Shown: positions 1 to 11,750 of the stretch, piece by piece
How positions within the stretch are numbered: the stretch's first letter is position 1
Layout of the letters: every line of letters begins with the position of its first letter
Source: a cyanobacterium endosymbiont of Rhopalodia gibba
Lineage (GTDB): Bacteria; Cyanobacteriota; Cyanobacteriia; Cyanobacteriales; Microcystaceae
DNA: 64,000 nt
Assembly: GCA_045159875.1 (NCBI GenBank)
Contig: CP067995.1
Span: 2,208,001-2,272,000, forward strand
Direction: 5' to 3'
The notes under the pieces: generated by a model
Told to the model about the DNA's origin: nothing
Databases searched by the model: none
Seen by the model: the letters and a program-made list of their open reading frames with translations, nothing else
Made by a program: the position numbers and the translations under genes

Positions 1-543
1 CGAGACGGAGAGAAAAGATACATCTTAGCACCGGACGGCATCGCTGTTGGAACCATAGTAGTGTCCGGGGAAAATGCCTCCTTTGAAGTCGGCAATGCCC
101 TACCTCTGATTAGAATTCCTCTAGGAACCGAAGTTCATAATATTGAACTAGTACCAGGGAAAGGAGGACAAATAGTACGTGCTGCTGGAGGAGCAGCTCA
201 AGTGGTGGCTAAAGAAGGGGACTACGTCACCTTAAGATTGCCTTCAAAAGAAGTCCGCATGGTTCGTAAAGAATGTTACGCCACCATTGGTAAAGTAGGC
301 AATATCGAAGCCAGAAACCTCAAGCTTGGAAAAGCCGGACGAACTCGTCATCTCGGACAGCGGCCTCACGTTAGAGGAAGTGTCATGAACCCGGTAGATC
401 ATCCCCACGGTGGTGGAGAAGGACGCGCCCCCATTGGTCGTAGTGGACCAATGACACCCTGGGGTAAGCCTGCATTAGGGGCCAAAACCCGCAATAAGAA
501 AAAACAGAGTTCCAAACTAATTGTGCGTCGTCGCACGAAATAA
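1..543 (+). CDS. rplB: 50S ribosomal protein L2 (5' end outside window)
   Basis: Open frame from base 1 ([11 protein letters not shown]...), with the L2 C-terminal motif [21 protein letters not shown]. Confidence 0.98.
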   Translation, partial: RDGEKRYILAPDGIAVGTIVVSGENASFEVGNALPLIRIPLGTEVHNIELVPGKGGQIVRAAGGAAQVVAKEGDYVTLRLPSKEVRMVRKECYATIGKVGNIEARNLKLGKAGRTRHLGQRPHVRGSVMNPVDHPHGGGEGRAPIGRSGPMTPWGKPALGAKTRNKKKQSSKLIVRRRTK

Positions 544-606
544 TTTGCCTGAAAAATGCAATTCCTTTAGGAAATTAATCACTAAATTTTTACCATTGAA
601 CTGTTT

Positions 607-888
607 ATGGGTCGCTCTCTCAAAAAAGGTCCGTTTGTTGCCGATAGTCTTCTTTCTAAAATTGAGAAACTCAACGAAAAAGGAGAAAAACAGGTTATTA
701 GAACTTGGTCAAGGGCTTCAACTATCGTTCCCCAAATGGTCGGTCATACCATTGCCGTCCACAATGGAAAACAACATGTCCCAATCTTTGTATCAGAACA
801 GATGGTGGGGCATAAACTGGGAGAATTTGCTCCTACCCGAACCTTTAGAGGACACGCCAAAAGCGATAAAAAATCGGGTCGTCGATAA
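607..888 (+). CDS. rpsS: 30S ribosomal protein S19
   Basis: [13 protein letters not shown]...TWSRASTI...[12 protein letters not shown]10 operon order. Confidence 0.98.
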   Translation: MGRSLKKGPFVADSLLSKIEKLNEKGEKQVIRTWSRASTIVPQMVGHTIAVHNGKQHVPIFVSEQMVGHKLGEFAPTRTFRGHAKSDKKSGRR

Positions 889-912
889 CCTAACTAGTAG
901 TCAATAGTCAAA

Positions 913-944
913 AGCTATTAACTATTAACTATTAACTATTAACT
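913..944 (+). repeat. Heptamer tandem repeat (ctattaa x~4), STRR-like
   Basis: ctattaactattaactattaactattaactaa between rpsS and rplV. Similar short tandem arrays occur at ~2122-2157, ~5014-5043 (aactgat/aactgaat) and ~7072-7110. Confidence 0.75.
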
Positions 945-950
945 AAAAAA

Positions 951-1313
951 ATGACAGTTGATACGAAAGTAGAAGTAAGAGCGCTTGCTCGTTACATCCG
1001 AATGTCACCGGCAAAAGTGCGGCGGGTATTGGATCAGATTCGCGGGCGTTCCTACCGAGAAGCTCTAATTATTCTTGAATTCATGCCCTATAGAGCTTGT
1101 GAACCTATTCTCAAGGTCCTGCGTTCAGCCGCAGCTAATGCAGAACATAACCAAGGGTTAAATAGGGCGACTTTAGTAGTCAGCAAAGCCTACGCTGATG
1201 GCGGACCAAGCTTAAAACGCTACCGACCTAGAGCTCAAGGGCGAGCTTATCAAATTCGCAAACCCACCTGTCACATTACGGTTGCTGTCGCAGCCAATGT
1301 AGCAGAAGACTAA
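951..1313 (+). CDS. rplV: 50S ribosomal protein L22
   Basis: [20 protein letters not shown]...[19 protein letters not shown]. Confidence 0.98.
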   Translation: MTVDTKVEVRALARYIRMSPAKVRRVLDQIRGRSYREALIILEFMPYRACEPILKVLRSAAANAEHNQGLNRATLVVSKAYADGGPSLKRYRPRAQGRAYQIRKPTCHITVAVAANVAED

Positions 1314-1349
1314 CGAAAACCCTTAATACTTTCCTCCTTTTACGTCAAT

Positions 1350-2075
1350 ATGGGACAAAAGATACATCCAATCGGGTTTCGTCTCGGCGTTACCAAAGAA
1401 CATCAATCCTGTTGGTACGCCGATGCCAAGCATTACCCAGAACTATTACAAGAAGATCGCCGAGTTCGCGATTATATTACTAAAAACCTTAGTAATGCCG
1501 GAATTTCTGGTATTCGTATTGAGCGCAAAGCCGATCAGATCGACCTCGCTATTCATACGGCACGACCAGGAGTTGTCGTTGGGCGAGGAGGTAGTGGTAT
1601 AGAGCAATTACGTGTTGGCTTACAACAGGAATTAGGTGGCAACCGTCAAATCCGCATCAATGTTGTAGAAGTATCACGAGTCGATGCTGACGCAGCTTTG
1701 ATTGCTGAATATATTACCCAACAGCTTGAGCGAAGAGTCTCCTTTCGTCGTGTCGTCCGTCAAGCTATTCAACGGGCACAACGAGCGGAAGTAAAAGGCA
1801 TCAAAATTCAAGTAGGAGGTCGCCTCAACGGAGCAGAAATCGCGAGGACTGAATGGGTTAGGGAAGGAAGAGTTCCTTTGCATACTCTCCGAGCCGATAT
1901 CGACTATTCCTACCGTACCGCCCAAACTATCTACGGCATATTAGGGGTTAAGGTTTGGATATTCAAAGGAGAAATCATTCCTGGTCAAGAAGAACAACCT
2001 GTTCTCACGCCTACTCAAACGCCACGTCGTCAACGTCGCCGTCAACAATTTGAAGATCGCTCAAATGAAGAGTAA
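1350..2075 (+). CDS. rpsC: 30S ribosomal protein S3
   Basis: [15 protein letters not shown] domain, [14 protein letters not shown]. Confidence 0.98.
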   Translation: MGQKIHPIGFRLGVTKEHQSCWYADAKHYPELLQEDRRVRDYITKNLSNAGISGIRIERKADQIDLAIHTARPGVVVGRGGSGIEQLRVGLQQELGGNRQIRINVVEVSRVDADAALIAEYITQQLERRVSFRRVVRQAIQRAQRAEVKGIKIQVGGRLNGAEIARTEWVREGRVPLHTLRADIDYSYRTAQTIYGILGVKVWIFKGEIIPGQEEQPVLTPTQTPRRQRRRQQFEDRSNEE

Positions 2076-2169
2076 GTTAACAACAGTTAAGGAAATGTGG
2101 TCGATAGTGGATTATTTAATAGTTATTAACTATTAACAACTAACTATGAACTGATAGCGGATAATTACA

Positions 2170-2589
2170 ATGCTTAGTCCTAGAAGAACTAAATTTCGGA
2201 AACAACAGCGAGGGCGAATGAGGGGGATGGCCTATCGAGGTAATACCCTTAATTTTGGTGAATATGCATTACAAGCCACCGAGCCCTGTTGGATTACTTC
2301 TCGTCAAATTGAAGCTGCTCGACGCGCCATGACCCGTTATATCAAAAGGGGTGGAAAAATATGGATTAGAGTTTTTCCTGATAAACCTGTGACTATGCGT
2401 CCCGCAGAGACTCGAATGGGGTCGGGTAAAGGTAATCCAGAATACTGGGTTGCAGTGGTTAAGCCTGGTCGCATTATGTTCGAATTATCGGGAGTAACTG
2501 AATCAATTGCGCGGGAAGCCATGCGATTAGCGGACCAAAAATTGCCAATTAAAACGAAGTTTATAACTAAAGAGGAGGAATACACTTAA
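2170..2589 (+). CDS. rplP: 50S ribosomal protein L16
   Basis: [17 protein letters not shown]...[19 protein letters not shown]. Confidence 0.98.
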   Translation: MLSPRRTKFRKQQRGRMRGMAYRGNTLNFGEYALQATEPCWITSRQIEAARRAMTRYIKRGGKIWIRVFPDKPVTMRPAETRMGSGKGNPEYWVAVVKPGRIMFELSGVTESIAREAMRLADQKLPIKTKFITKEEEYT

Positions 2590-2593
2590 GGTT

Positions 2594-2848
2594 ATGTCCC
2601 TACCTAAGATAGAAAATGTGAGAAAGCTCAACGATGAAGAACTGGTTGATGAAATTTTAGCTGCCAAGCGTCAGTTATTTAACCTAAGATTTCAGCAAGC
2701 CACCCGCCGCTTAGAAAAACCTCATGAATTTAAGCATGTACGCCATCGTTTAGCGCAACTTCTCACCGTGGAGCGGGAACGTCAAATTCGGGTAGGTAAT
2801 TCGAATATACTACCAAACTTAGAGTCCACGGCAACTAAAACCCCATAA
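2594..2848 (+). CDS. rpmC: 50S ribosomal protein L29
   Basis: LFNLRFQQATRRLEKPHEFKHVRHRLAQLLT; operon position. Confidence 0.96.
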   Translation: MSLPKIENVRKLNDEELVDEILAAKRQLFNLRFQQATRRLEKPHEFKHVRHRLAQLLTVERERQIRVGNSNILPNLESTATKTP

Positions 2849-2878
2849 CCAACCTCAAAGGAAAAATCAGAGTCAATT

Positions 2879-3121
2879 ATGGCAGTAAAAGAAAGAGTAG
2901 GAGTTGTCGTCAGTGACAAAATGGATAAAACCGTTGTTGTTGCCATTGAGAACCGTTCTCCTCACCCCAAATATCGAAAAATTATCGTAAAAACGAAAAA
3001 ATTCAAAGCTCACGACCAAGAAAATCAATGTCAAGAAGGCGATCGAGTTCGCATTCGAGAAACAAGACCTCTCAGCAAAACCAAACGCTGGGTAGTTGCA
3101 GAAATTTTAACGTCCCATTAG
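2879..3121 (+). CDS. rpsQ: 30S ribosomal protein S17
   Basis: [14 protein letters not shown]...[18 protein letters not shown]. Confidence 0.98.
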   Translation: MAVKERVGVVVSDKMDKTVVVAIENRSPHPKYRKIIVKTKKFKAHDQENQCQEGDRVRIRETRPLSKTKRWVVAEILTSH

Positions 3122-3137
3122 TTCTTTTGTTAGCCCT

Positions 3138-3506
3138 ATGATTCAACAGCAAACCTATCTAAATGTCGCTGATAATAGTGGCGCTCGCAAGTTAATGTGT
3201 TTGCGAGTCTTAGGAACCGGAAACAGCACCTATGGCGGGATTGGCGATGTTATTATTGCTGTCGTCAAAGACGCCATCCCTAACATGCCGATCAAACGCT
3301 CTGATATTGTCAGAGCCGTTATTGTGCGGACTCGCCAAACACAGAAACGAGTAAGCGGTATGAGTATTCGATTTGACGACAATGCCGCTGTTATCATCAA
3401 TGACGACGGTAATCCGAAGGGAACCCGTGTTTTTGGACCAGTTGCGCGGGAACTGCGCGATAAAAACTTTACCAAAATTGTTTCTCTGGCTCCGGAGGTA
3501 CTCTAA
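3138..3506 (+). CDS. rplN: 50S ribosomal protein L14
   Basis: [16 protein letters not shown]...FDDNAAVII...[13 protein letters not shown]. Confidence 0.98.
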   Translation: MIQQQTYLNVADNSGARKLMCLRVLGTGNSTYGGIGDVIIAVVKDAIPNMPIKRSDIVRAVIVRTRQTQKRVSGMSIRFDDNAAVIINDDGNPKGTRVFGPVARELRDKNFTKIVSLAPEVL

Positions 3507-3857
3507 ATGAGTAATAAGAAAAACCAAAAGCCCCAAAGGCTTAGAATGCACGTCAGAACAGGCGACACCGTTCAGGTAATTTCTGGTCGAGATAAAGGAA
3601 AGGTTGGGCAAATTATTAAAACCAATCCCAAGACCAGTAAAGTCGTTATTCAAGGAGTTAATGTGAAAACAAAGCACATTAAACCTCAGCAAGAAGGAGA
3701 ATCTGGGCAAATTACTACTTTTGAAGCCCCGATTCACAGTTCTAACGTCATGTTGTATTCCACCAAAGAAAAAGTAGCCAGCCGAATTTGTTACACCTTC
3801 ACCGAAGAGGGTCGTAAAGTACGGATGCTGAAGAAAACTGGGGAAATTATTGACTAG
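3507..3857 (+). CDS. rplX: 50S ribosomal protein L24
   Basis: KOW motif [27 protein letters not shown]. Confidence 0.98.
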   Translation: MSNKKNQKPQRLRMHVRTGDTVQVISGRDKGKVGQIIKTNPKTSKVVIQGVNVKTKHIKPQQEGESGQITTFEAPIHSSNVMLYSTKEKVASRICYTFTEEGRKVRMLKKTGEIID

Positions 3858-3960
3858 TATGAGGAAAAATTGATTATTATCCCTGGATAGTTAACTCGTT
3901 CCTTAATCAATGATCAACTCCTTCTCTGACCAAGCCCAGGGAAATCAAGGATAAAATGCC

Positions 3961-4503
3961 ATGACTCAACGCCTGAAAATTTTTTATCAAGACACCATTG
4001 TCCCAAAACTCAAAGAACAGTTTGGGTACAAAAATCTTCATCAAGTTCCTAAAGTGGTTAAAATCACTGTCAATCGAGGATTAGGAGAAGCATCTCAAAA
4101 TGCCAAAGCTCTAGAATCTTCCATTAATGAACTGTCCACTATCACCGGACAAAAACCCGTTGTTACCCGAGCAAAAAAAGCAATCGCTGGCTTTAAAATC
4201 CGTGAAGGAATGCCTGTCGGGGTCATGGTTACCCTGCGGTCAGCTCGAATGTATGCCTTCTTGGATCGTCTGATTAACCTAGCTTTGCCTCGGATTCGAG
4301 ACTTTCGTGGTATCAGTGATAAAAGCTTCGACGGGCGAGGTAACTATAGTTTAGGAATCCGCGAACAACTTATCTTTCCTGAGATTGACTATGACGCCAT
4401 CGACCAAATTCGGGGGATGGATGTCTCAATTATTACTACGGCAAAGACTGATGAAGAAGGACGTACTTTACTCAAAGAAATGGGAATGCCCTTCTGCAAG
4501 TAG
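3961..4503 (+). CDS. rplE: 50S ribosomal protein L5
   Basis: [15 protein letters not shown]...[23 protein letters not shown]...LPRIRDFRG. Confidence 0.98.
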   Translation: MTQRLKIFYQDTIVPKLKEQFGYKNLHQVPKVVKITVNRGLGEASQNAKALESSINELSTITGQKPVVTRAKKAIAGFKIREGMPVGVMVTLRSARMYAFLDRLINLALPRIRDFRGISDKSFDGRGNYSLGIREQLIFPEIDYDAIDQIRGMDVSIITTAKTDEEGRTLLKEMGMPFCK

Positions 4504-4594
4504 TCACCATATTACTCCGCTTTATACGGAGTCTGCCTGCTAGCAACCGTTGGTTAATCAACGACTTTATAGGAGAAATTCACCTTAAGCAATA

Positions 4595-4996
4595 ATGGCA
4601 CCTAACGATACTATCTCAGATATGCTAACTCGCATCCGCAATGCTTGTGCCGTCCGGCATTCCACCACCCAAGTGCCGACAACAAAAATGACCCGTAGCA
4701 TTGCTCAAGTTCTCAAAGAAGAGGGCTTTATTGAAGACTTCGAAGAAACGGGAGAAGGAGTTAAACAATTCCTTCTTCTGACTCTCAAGTACAAAGATAA
4801 AAGCCGTCAACCCATTATTAATATGCTTAAGCGGGCAAGCAAACCAGGGCTACGAGTCTACTCTAAGCGAAAAGACTTGCCTCGAGTACTTGGCGGTATT
4901 GGTATTGCAATCATTTCTACCTCCAAAGGAGTGATGACTGACCGAGAAGCAAGACGTCAAAACGTGGGTGGCGAAATTTTATGCTACATCTGGTAG
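4595..4996 (+). CDS. rpsH: 30S ribosomal protein S8
   Basis: [13 protein letters not shown]...SKPGLRVY...GGEILCYIW. Confidence 0.98.
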   Translation: MAPNDTISDMLTRIRNACAVRHSTTQVPTTKMTRSIAQVLKEEGFIEDFEETGEGVKQFLLLTLKYKDKSRQPIINMLKRASKPGLRVYSKRKDLPRVLGGIGIAIISTSKGVMTDREARRQNVGGEILCYIW

Positions 4997-5052
4997 CGTT
5001 TTCAGTAAATAAGAACTGATAACTGAATAACTGATAACTGGTAATTAAACCT

Positions 5053-5592
5053 ATGTCTCGTATTGGTAAACGCCCCATTCTCATTCCTAATAAAGTCACT
5101 ATCGAGATCAACGGGCAATATGTGGCGGCTAAAGGACCTAAAGGATCGTTGGAGCTCACCCTTTCCGGAAAAGTCAAGGTAGTTCAAGAGTCGGACATCC
5201 TGGTTATAGAACGAGCTGATAATTCTCGGACGGCTAAAGAGCGTCACGGACTCAGCCGCACCCTTATTGCCAATATGGTTGAGGGAGTATCTAAAGGCTT
5301 TGAAAAACGTCTCAGTATCCAAGGGGTCGGCTATCGAGCTCAAACCCAAGGAAGCAAACTTATTTTGAATGTGGGCTACAGCAAACCCGTTGAAATGATT
5401 ATGCCCCAAGGCATTCAAGTCGTAGTTGAAAACAACACCCAAGTGGTGGTTAGTGGCATCGATAAAGAAATTGTGGGCAACGTTGCAGCCCAGATTCGTG
5501 CTGTCCGTCCCCCAGAGGTTTATAAAGGCAAAGGCATTCGCTATCTGGGCGAGTTCGTCAGACGTAAGGTAGGTAAGGCAGGTAAAAAATAA
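5053..5592 (+). CDS. rplF: 50S ribosomal protein L6
   Basis: MSRIGKRPI...GVGYRA...RPPEVYKGKGIRY. Confidence 0.98.
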   Translation: MSRIGKRPILIPNKVTIEINGQYVAAKGPKGSLELTLSGKVKVVQESDILVIERADNSRTAKERHGLSRTLIANMVEGVSKGFEKRLSIQGVGYRAQTQGSKLILNVGYSKPVEMIMPQGIQVVVENNTQVVVSGIDKEIVGNVAAQIRAVRPPEVYKGKGIRYLGEFVRRKVGKAGKK

Positions 5593-5595
5593 ATT

Positions 5596-5958
5596 ATGAA
5601 ACTCACGCGTAGACAATCAGTTCAACGTCGCCATCGGCGGATTCGTAAAACAGTCAGCGGCACGACTGAGTGCCCCCGTTTGGCAATTTTCCGTTCCAAT
5701 CAGCATATTTATGCTCAAGTTATTGATGATATAGCTCAGCAAACTTTAGCCGCCGCCTCGACCTTAGAACCAGATTTAAAACAGTCTTTGTCTTCAGGGT
5801 CTACTTGTGAAGCATCAGCCGCAGTAGGCAAATTGATTGCCCAACGGACTATCAATAAGGGAATTGAACAAGTCGTCTTTGATCGAGGGGGGAATCTTTA
5901 CCATGGACGAGTTAAAGCATTGGCAGATGCAGCCCGTGAAGCTGGATTGCAGTTTTAA
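5596..5958 (+). CDS. rplR: 50S ribosomal protein L18
   Basis: [19 protein letters not shown]...[26 protein letters not shown]. Confidence 0.98.
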   Translation: MKLTRRQSVQRRHRRIRKTVSGTTECPRLAIFRSNQHIYAQVIDDIAQQTLAAASTLEPDLKQSLSSGSTCEASAAVGKLIAQRTINKGIEQVVFDRGGNLYHGRVKALADAAREAGLQF

Positions 5959-5996
5959 ACACAACAAACCAATATCTCAATGTAAGGGTAGAAATT

Positions 5997-6518
5997 ATGG
6001 CAAAACGTCGTAAAGGCAGCCGAACAAAAGCGAAAGAGACCAACTGGCAAGAACGGGTAATTCAAATTCGTCGGGTCAGTAAAGTTGTTAAAGGCGGTAA
6101 AAAACTGAGTTTTCGTGCTATCGTCGTCGTTGGCAATGAAAACGGGCAAGTCGGCGTCGGCGTCGGCAAAGCCGGGGATGTCATTGGGGCAGTTCGTAAA
6201 GGAGTCGCTGATGGCAAAAAACAACTAATAGACGTCTCTTTGAACAAAGCCAACTCAATTACCCATCTTGCTAAAGGTATTTCCGGAGGAGCTAAAGTTG
6301 TTGTTAGACCTGCTGCCCCAGGTACAGGGGTAATCGCCGGAGGAGCTGTACGTACCGTTTTGGAATTGGCAGGGGTAAAAAATATTCTTGCTAAACAACT
6401 TGGCTCAAGTAATCCTCTCAACAATGCTAGGGCCGTGATTAACGCTCTCGAGGGTATCCGTACTTTCTCTGCTGTCGCCCAGGAGCGGGGGGTTTCCCTA
6501 GAATATCTTTACACCTAA
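5997..6518 (+). CDS. rpsE: 30S ribosomal protein S5
   Basis: [23 protein letters not shown]...[12 protein letters not shown]. Confidence 0.98.
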   Translation: MAKRRKGSRTKAKETNWQERVIQIRRVSKVVKGGKKLSFRAIVVVGNENGQVGVGVGKAGDVIGAVRKGVADGKKQLIDVSLNKANSITHLAKGISGGAKVVVRPAAPGTGVIAGGAVRTVLELAGVKNILAKQLGSSNPLNNARAVINALEGIRTFSAVAQERGVSLEYLYT

Positions 6519-6596
6519 TCCCTAGACTCCAATGGATTATCAAGGTGTGAGAAAGAATCACTGCCTAAATATTAAATGTCCAAAACAAAGAAAATT

Positions 6597-7043
6597 ATGA
6601 GAATTCATGAAATAACCCCGAAAGAAGGCTCCAAAAGACGCCGGCGTCGTGTTGGACGTGGAATTGCTGCAGGACAAGGAGCAAGTTGTGGATTTGGAAT
6701 GCGGGGGCAAAAATCACGCTCAGGAACAGGGACAAAACCCGGATTTGAAGGGGGACAAATGCCTCTGTATCGCCGTGTTCCCAAATTAAAACACTTTTCG
6801 ATAGTTAATCCCCATAACTACACCGTTATTAACGTGGGTAAATTAAATTCTCTGTCCCCTCAGACTGAGGTTACCCTGGAGAGTTTGATTGAACAAGGCG
6901 TTATTACGAGTAATGATGGTCCATTAAAGGTGTTGGGAGATGGAAATCTAGAGAAACCTTTAACAATCCAAGCAGCAGCTTTCACTAAAAGTGCTAAGGA
7001 AAAAATAGAAGCAGCTGGAGGAAGTTGGAAAGAGTTATCCTGA
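6597..7043 (+). CDS. rplO: 50S ribosomal protein L15 (alternative start 6576)
   Basis: [27 protein letters not shown]...[14 protein letters not shown]. Confidence 0.97.
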   Translation: MRIHEITPKEGSKRRRRRVGRGIAAGQGASCGFGMRGQKSRSGTGTKPGFEGGQMPLYRRVPKLKHFSIVNPHNYTVINVGKLNSLSPQTEVTLESLIEQGVITSNDGPLKVLGDGNLEKPLTIQAAAFTKSAKEKIEAAGGSWKELS

Positions 7044-7121
7044 AATAATAACCAAAAAACACCGAAAACGATTAACAATTGATAAATAATAATTGACCAT
7101 TGATAACTGAGGTAGCCATTA

Positions 7122-8438
7122 ATGGTTGTCAGTCGAGATAAAACGCCTACAGCACAAGAGACATTTTTACAAATGGCTCAAGCAGCCGGTCTTCGAGGTC
7201 GGCTCTTGATCACCATTGGATTATTGATTTTAATTCGTTTTGGCATTTTTATTCCCATTCCAGGAATTGATCGTGAAGCCTTTGCCGCCGCTATTAGTAA
7301 TAGTCCTATTTTAGGTTTTTTGGATATTTTTACAGGAGGAGGGATTGCCGCTCTAGGAATCTTTGCCTTAGGAATTCTCCCGTTTATTAATGCTTCCATT
7401 ATTATGCAGCTATTAACGGCTGCTATCCCTGCTTTGGAAGATTTACAAAAAAATGAAGGCGAAGCAGGAAGGCGTAAAATTTCCCAAATGACTCGGTATG
7501 TTGCCCTAGGTTGGTGTATTGTCCAGAGTTCTGGCATTACTATTGGTTTATTGAGACAGTATGCTCTCAATGACCAGTTTTGGTTTGTCCCTGAAACAGT
7601 TTTGGCTCTAACGGCTGGTTCGATGTTCGTCATGTGGGTGTCAGAAATTATCACAGAACGAGGTATTGGCAATGGAGCATCTTTATTAATTTTTGTCAAT
7701 ATTGTCGCAAGTTTACCAAGAACTTTAGGAAATACTATAGATTATGCCCAAACAGGCGGTCAGCAAGCTGTAGCCCAAGTCGTAATTCTTTTGTTAGTAT
7801 TCTTGATTATGATTGTAGGAATTGTGTTTGTTCAAGAAGGAACCAGACGAATTCCCATTATTTCAGCCCGTCGTCAAGTAGGACGAAGATTATACCGAGA
7901 AAGAACTAGTTACTTACCTCTAAGGTTAAATCAAGGTGGAGTAATGCCGATTATTTTTGCTTCTGCAGTTTTGATTTTACCCCAGTCATTAGCCGGCTTT
8001 TTTGGTAACCAAGGACCAGTTAGTCAGGTGTTGGTACAAATTGCTAATACTTTACGTCCTGGAACCTGGACTTATATTGGAGTCTACTCATTGTTGATTC
8101 TGTTTTTTAGTTACTTCTATGCTTCCCTAATCATGAACCCTGAAGATGTCTCCAAAAATCTTAAGAAAATGGGGGCAAGTATTCCAGGAATTCGCCCAGG
8201 AGATAAAACTAAACAGTATTTAGAAGGAGTTCTTAACCGTCTGACTTTCCTAGGGGCAATCTTTTTGAGTATTGTCGCAACTGTTCCTACTTTAGTTGAA
8301 GGAGCAACTGGAGTTACAACCTTCCGGGGACTAGGAGCAACTTCTCTCTTAATTCTAGTAGGGGTCGCCATTGATACCGCTAAACAAATCCAAACTTATG
8401 TCATCTCCCAAAGATATGAGGGAATGATTAAACAATAG
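7122..8438 (+). CDS. secY: Preprotein translocase subunit SecY
   Basis: Polytopic membrane protein; IFALGILPFINASIIMQLL, GIGNGASLLIF, IPGIRPG. Confidence 0.98.
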   Translation: MVVSRDKTPTAQETFLQMAQAAGLRGRLLITIGLLILIRFGIFIPIPGIDREAFAAAISNSPILGFLDIFTGGGIAALGIFALGILPFINASIIMQLLTAAIPALEDLQKNEGEAGRRKISQMTRYVALGWCIVQSSGITIGLLRQYALNDQFWFVPETVLALTAGSMFVMWVSEIITERGIGNGASLLIFVNIVASLPRTLGNTIDYAQTGGQQAVAQVVILLLVFLIMIVGIVFVQEGTRRIPIISARRQVGRRLYRERTSYLPLRLNQGGVMPIIFASAVLILPQSLAGFFGNQGPVSQVLVQIANTLRPGTWTYIGVYSLLILFFSYFYASLIMNPEDVSKNLKKMGASIPGIRPGDKTKQYLEGVLNRLTFLGAIFLSIVATVPTLVEGATGVTTFRGLGATSLLILVGVAIDTAKQIQTYVISQRYEGMIKQ

Positions 8439-8521
8439 GTAATATAGGGAACAGGGAAGTTTAATTACTCCCAGTCCCTATTTTTTATGAAGTCTAACTA
8501 ACCTCAAGACAAACAATAGCT

Positions 8522-9085
8522 ATGAGTCATGCAAAGGGATTAATTTTTTTAGGACCACCAGGTTCAGGAAAAGGAACCCAAGCCCAACTTTTATCAGAAA
8601 AATTAACAATTCCTCATATCTCAACCGGAGAAATGTTAAGAGAAGCGATCACTAAAAAGACAGAATTAGGGAAAAAAGCTCAATATTACGTTAATAAAGG
8701 GGAGCTAGTGCCTGATGAGTTACTGTTAAACTTGATTAGAGAACGACTTAACCAGGACGATGTCCAAAGTGGATGGATTTTAGATGGGTTTCCCCGAAAC
8801 GTTTCTCAGGCAACTTTTTTGGATAAACTCTTGTTAGGGTTGGGAAAGTTTTCGGAACAAGCTATCAATTTAGAAGTGTCCGATAACCAACTTGTTGAAC
8901 GGCTTCTGTTAAGAGGTCGTAAAGACGATAATGAAGAAACTATTCGTCGTCGATTAGAAGTTTACCGAGAGAAAACAAGGCCAGTCATTGATTACTATCG
9001 ACAACATTGTCGACTAACTTCCGTGGATGGCAATCCCCCACTAGAACGGGTAACCGCTTCTTTAAAAAAAGTTATTACTACTTAA
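8522..9085 (+). CDS. adk: Adenylate kinase
   Basis: GPPGSGKGTQA P-loop, HISTGEMLR, WILDGFPRN. Confidence 0.97.
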   Translation: MSHAKGLIFLGPPGSGKGTQAQLLSEKLTIPHISTGEMLREAITKKTELGKKAQYYVNKGELVPDELLLNLIRERLNQDDVQSGWILDGFPRNVSQATFLDKLLLGLGKFSEQAINLEVSDNQLVERLLLRGRKDDNEETIRRRLEVYREKTRPVIDYYRQHCRLTSVDGNPPLERVTASLKKVITT

Positions 9086-9257
9086 TTAAGTGATGGAGTT
9101 GACCCTAAACTGACGAATTACTCGACCTCAAAATTTCTGATAAAATAGGCGGAGAGCGGTCTATAAGGCTTACACCTCGGACTGCTTAAATTTGCCTGTT
9201 TCTAGCCTAGACATCCACCTAATCCTTTTTCGAGTGTACCATTTGAGGCTTAATCTT

Positions 9258-9485
9258 TTGTCCAAACAAGATTTAATTGAAATGGAGGGAACAGTAACAG
9301 AATCCCTCCCTAATGCTATGTTTAGAGTTGATCTTGATAACGGGTTTAATGTATTAGCTCACATTTCAGGAAAAATTCGCCGTAACTATATTAAAATTCT
9401 GCCAGGTGATCGCGTGAAGGTTGAATTAACCCCTTACGACCTAACTAAAGGAAGAATTACTTATCGGCTAAAAACAAAGAAATAA
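9258..9485 (+). CDS. infA: Translation initiation factor IF-1 (TTG start)
   Basis: (M)[23 protein letters not shown]...[25 protein letters not shown] element upstream of the TTG at 9258. Confidence 0.96.
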   Translation: MSKQDLIEMEGTVTESLPNAMFRVDLDNGFNVLAHISGKIRRNYIKILPGDRVKVELTPYDLTKGRITYRLKTKK

Positions 9486-9601
9486 GGGGTTAGTCAACTG
9501 AAGCTCGATAACAATTCCTTAAAAAATTTGTTAGACTGGCTAAATTTGGAGACAATTATTGCTACAATAGTAAGCTTGCAGTCAAAGCTTTAAAAACAAA
9601 A

Positions 9602-9715
9602 ATGAAAGTTAGAGCATCAGTGAAAAAAATGTGTGACAAATGTCGGGTTATCCGACGGCATGGGCGGGTGATGGTACTTTGTACCAACCCTAAACACAAG
9701 CAACGTCAAGGCTAG
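9602..9715 (+). CDS. rpmJ: 50S ribosomal protein L36 (not in ORF track)
   Basis: Hand translation [37 protein letters not shown]; Zn-ribbon form. Confidence 0.97.
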   Translation: MKVRASVKKMCDKCRVIRRHGRVMVLCTNPKHKQRQG

Positions 9716-9786
9716 TCGTTGTCGTTACACAAGAGTGAAACAATTTCTAAAAACGCAAACAGCAATATTGTAGAGGGAGAAAAAAC

Positions 9787-10170
9787 GTGGCAAGGATAGC
9801 TGGTGTAGACCTGCCTCGGGATAAACGAGTGGAGATTGGACTAACTTATTTATTTGGCATTGGTCTATCGAGGTCTCAAGAGATTTTAGCAGAAACAGGG
9901 GTTAGTCCCAATACTCGAGTTAGAGATTTAAGCGACGAAGACGTTGCTACTTTACGTGCTTGCATCGAAGCCAACTATCAAATCGAAGGGGATTTGAGAC
10001 GTTGGGAGGCAATGAATATCAAGCGTTTAGCAGATATTGGGACCTATAGAGGCCGTCGTCATCGTCAAGGACTGCCAGTGCGGGGACAACGGACTAGGAC
10101 CAATGCCCGTACTCGTCGCGGTAGAAGACTTACCGTTGCTGGGAAGAAAAAAGCCCCCTCTAAAAAATAA
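9787..10170 (+). CDS. rpsM: 30S ribosomal protein S13 (GTG start)
   Basis: [26 protein letters not shown]...[16 protein letters not shown]. Confidence 0.98.
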   Translation: MARIAGVDLPRDKRVEIGLTYLFGIGLSRSQEILAETGVSPNTRVRDLSDEDVATLRACIEANYQIEGDLRRWEAMNIKRLADIGTYRGRRHRQGLPVRGQRTRTNARTRRGRRLTVAGKKKAPSKK

Positions 10171-10218
10171 TGAGTTTCTATTGGTAATTGAGTTAGACAG
10201 AAAATTCAGTAAAGAACT

Positions 10219-10611
10219 ATGGCGCGACCAACAAAAAAAAGCGGTGCAAAGAAGCAGAAGAAAAATGTTCCTAACGGCACTGCTCACATCCAATCTACCT
10301 TCAATAATACTATCGTTACCATTGCTGATACAAAAGGTGACGTCGTTTCTTGGGCATCAGCTGGCTCAAGCGGTTTTAAGGGGGCGAAGAAAGGAACTCC
10401 CTTTGCAGCACAGACCGCAGCCGATTCGGCCGCTCGACGAGCAATTGATCATGGAATGCGGCAAATTGAGGTAATGGTCAGTGGACCAGGAGCAGGACGT
10501 GAAACAGCTATTCGTGCTCTTCAAGGCGCAGGGCTAGAAATTACTCTTATTCGGGATGTTACCCCTATACCTCACAACGGCTGTCGTTCACCAAAACGAC
10601 GCCGAGTTTAG
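10219..10611 (+). CDS. rpsK: 30S ribosomal protein S11
   Basis: [13 protein letters not shown]...[14 protein letters not shown]...[11 protein letters not shown]. Confidence 0.98.
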   Translation: MARPTKKSGAKKQKKNVPNGTAHIQSTFNNTIVTIADTKGDVVSWASAGSSGFKGAKKGTPFAAQTAADSAARRAIDHGMRQIEVMVSGPGAGRETAIRALQGAGLEITLIRDVTPIPHNGCRSPKRRRV

Positions 10612-10710
10612 CCAGCAGTTGTAAATCTTTCAAAAACGTAAAAAGTTGGCGTTGAACAAGGCGCGAATCCGCGTCGTAGGGGCATTTGACAATGAAGGGA
10701 GGTCATGGTC

Positions 10711-11655
10711 GTGGCGCAGTTTCAAATTGAGTGTGTTGAGTCTAAGACTCAGAAAAATCAAAGTCAATATAGTAAGTTTGTCCTGGAGCCTCTAGAACGA
10801 GGACAAGGGACGACAATGGGGAATGCTCTAAGACGAGTATTGCTAGCTAATTTAGAGGGAGCATCGGTCACGGCGATTCGCATTGCGGGGGTTAACCACG
10901 AGTTTGCTACCATCCCAGGGGTTAGAGAGGATGTATTAGAAATCATGTTAAACATGAAGGAAATTGTCCTTAAAAGTTATAGTGATCAGCCGCAAATTGG
11001 CCGCCTGGTAGCAATAGGAGCGGCTACGGTAACTGCGGCAAATTTTGAGTTACCCTCAGAAGTAGAAGCTGTTGATCCAACCCAATATGTTGCTACCCTG
11101 ACAGAAGGCTCGAAGTTGGAGATGGAGTTTCGAGTAGAAAAAGGAACCGGATATAAGGGAATTTACCGTCATAAAGATGAATCTTCTTCTCTGGATTTCT
11201 TACAGATCGATGCAGTTTTTATGCCGGTCACCAAAGTTAATTATAGTGTAGAAGATATCAGGGGAGATGGAGCTGAGCCTAAAGATCGATTGATTTTGGA
11301 GATCTGGACGAATGGTAGTTTTAATCCAAAAGATGCTCTTTCTGAAGCAGCAGAGATTGTAGTAGATTTATTTAATCCTCTTAAAGATCTTAATCAACTT
11401 GAAACTAGTCCTCCTGATTATCAAGATGACGATAATCCTCAAAGTCAGATTCCTATTGAAGAACTACAACTTTCGGTGCGAGCTTACAATTGTCTAAAAA
11501 GAGCACAGATAAATACAGTTGCAGATTTATTGGATTATAGTCAAGAGGACCTTCTCGAAATTAAGAATTTTGGGCAGAAGTCTGCTGAAGAAGTGATTGA
11601 AGCTTTACAAAAACGGTTGGGCATTACCTTGCCTCAGGAAAAAACTAAATCTTGA
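10711..11655 (+). CDS. rpoA: RNA polymerase alpha subunit (GTG 10711 fits RBS spacing; ATG 10705 is the alternative)
   Basis: EPLERGQGTTMGNALRRVLL...alpha-CTD IEELQLSVRAYNCLKRAQI. Confidence 0.98.
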   Translation: MAQFQIECVESKTQKNQSQYSKFVLEPLERGQGTTMGNALRRVLLANLEGASVTAIRIAGVNHEFATIPGVREDVLEIMLNMKEIVLKSYSDQPQIGRLVAIGAATVTAANFELPSEVEAVDPTQYVATLTEGSKLEMEFRVEKGTGYKGIYRHKDESSSLDFLQIDAVFMPVTKVNYSVEDIRGDGAEPKDRLILEIWTNGSFNPKDALSEAAEIVVDLFNPLKDLNQLETSPPDYQDDDNPQSQIPIEELQLSVRAYNCLKRAQINTVADLLDYSQEDLLEIKNFGQKSAEEVIEALQKRLGITLPQEKTKS

Positions 11656-11659
11656 TCTA

Positions 11660-11702
11660 AGTCCTCAAATTTTCAGTGTTGTACACTGAAAATTTGAGGA
11701 CT
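11660..11702. repeat. Perfect 20-bp inverted repeat (3-nt loop) between rpoA and rplQ; possible mRNA hairpin
   Basis: agtcctcaaattttcagtgt-tgt-acactgaaaatttgaggact. Confidence 0.85.
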
Positions 11703-11750
11703 GAAATTTGACTTGTTACATTACAATTTACTTTAGGAGGAGTAAAAATC

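Noticed and set aside
913..944. Short tandem repeats considered as a CRISPR array or novel repeat system
   Set aside because: They are 7-nt units with no spacers, ordinary STRR-like intergenic repeats. No CRISPR array or cas gene was seen in the window.
4503..10705. No rpsN (S14), rpmD (L30) or rpsD in the spc/alpha clusters
   Set aside because: This is the normal cyanobacterial arrangement, not a loss specific to this genome.
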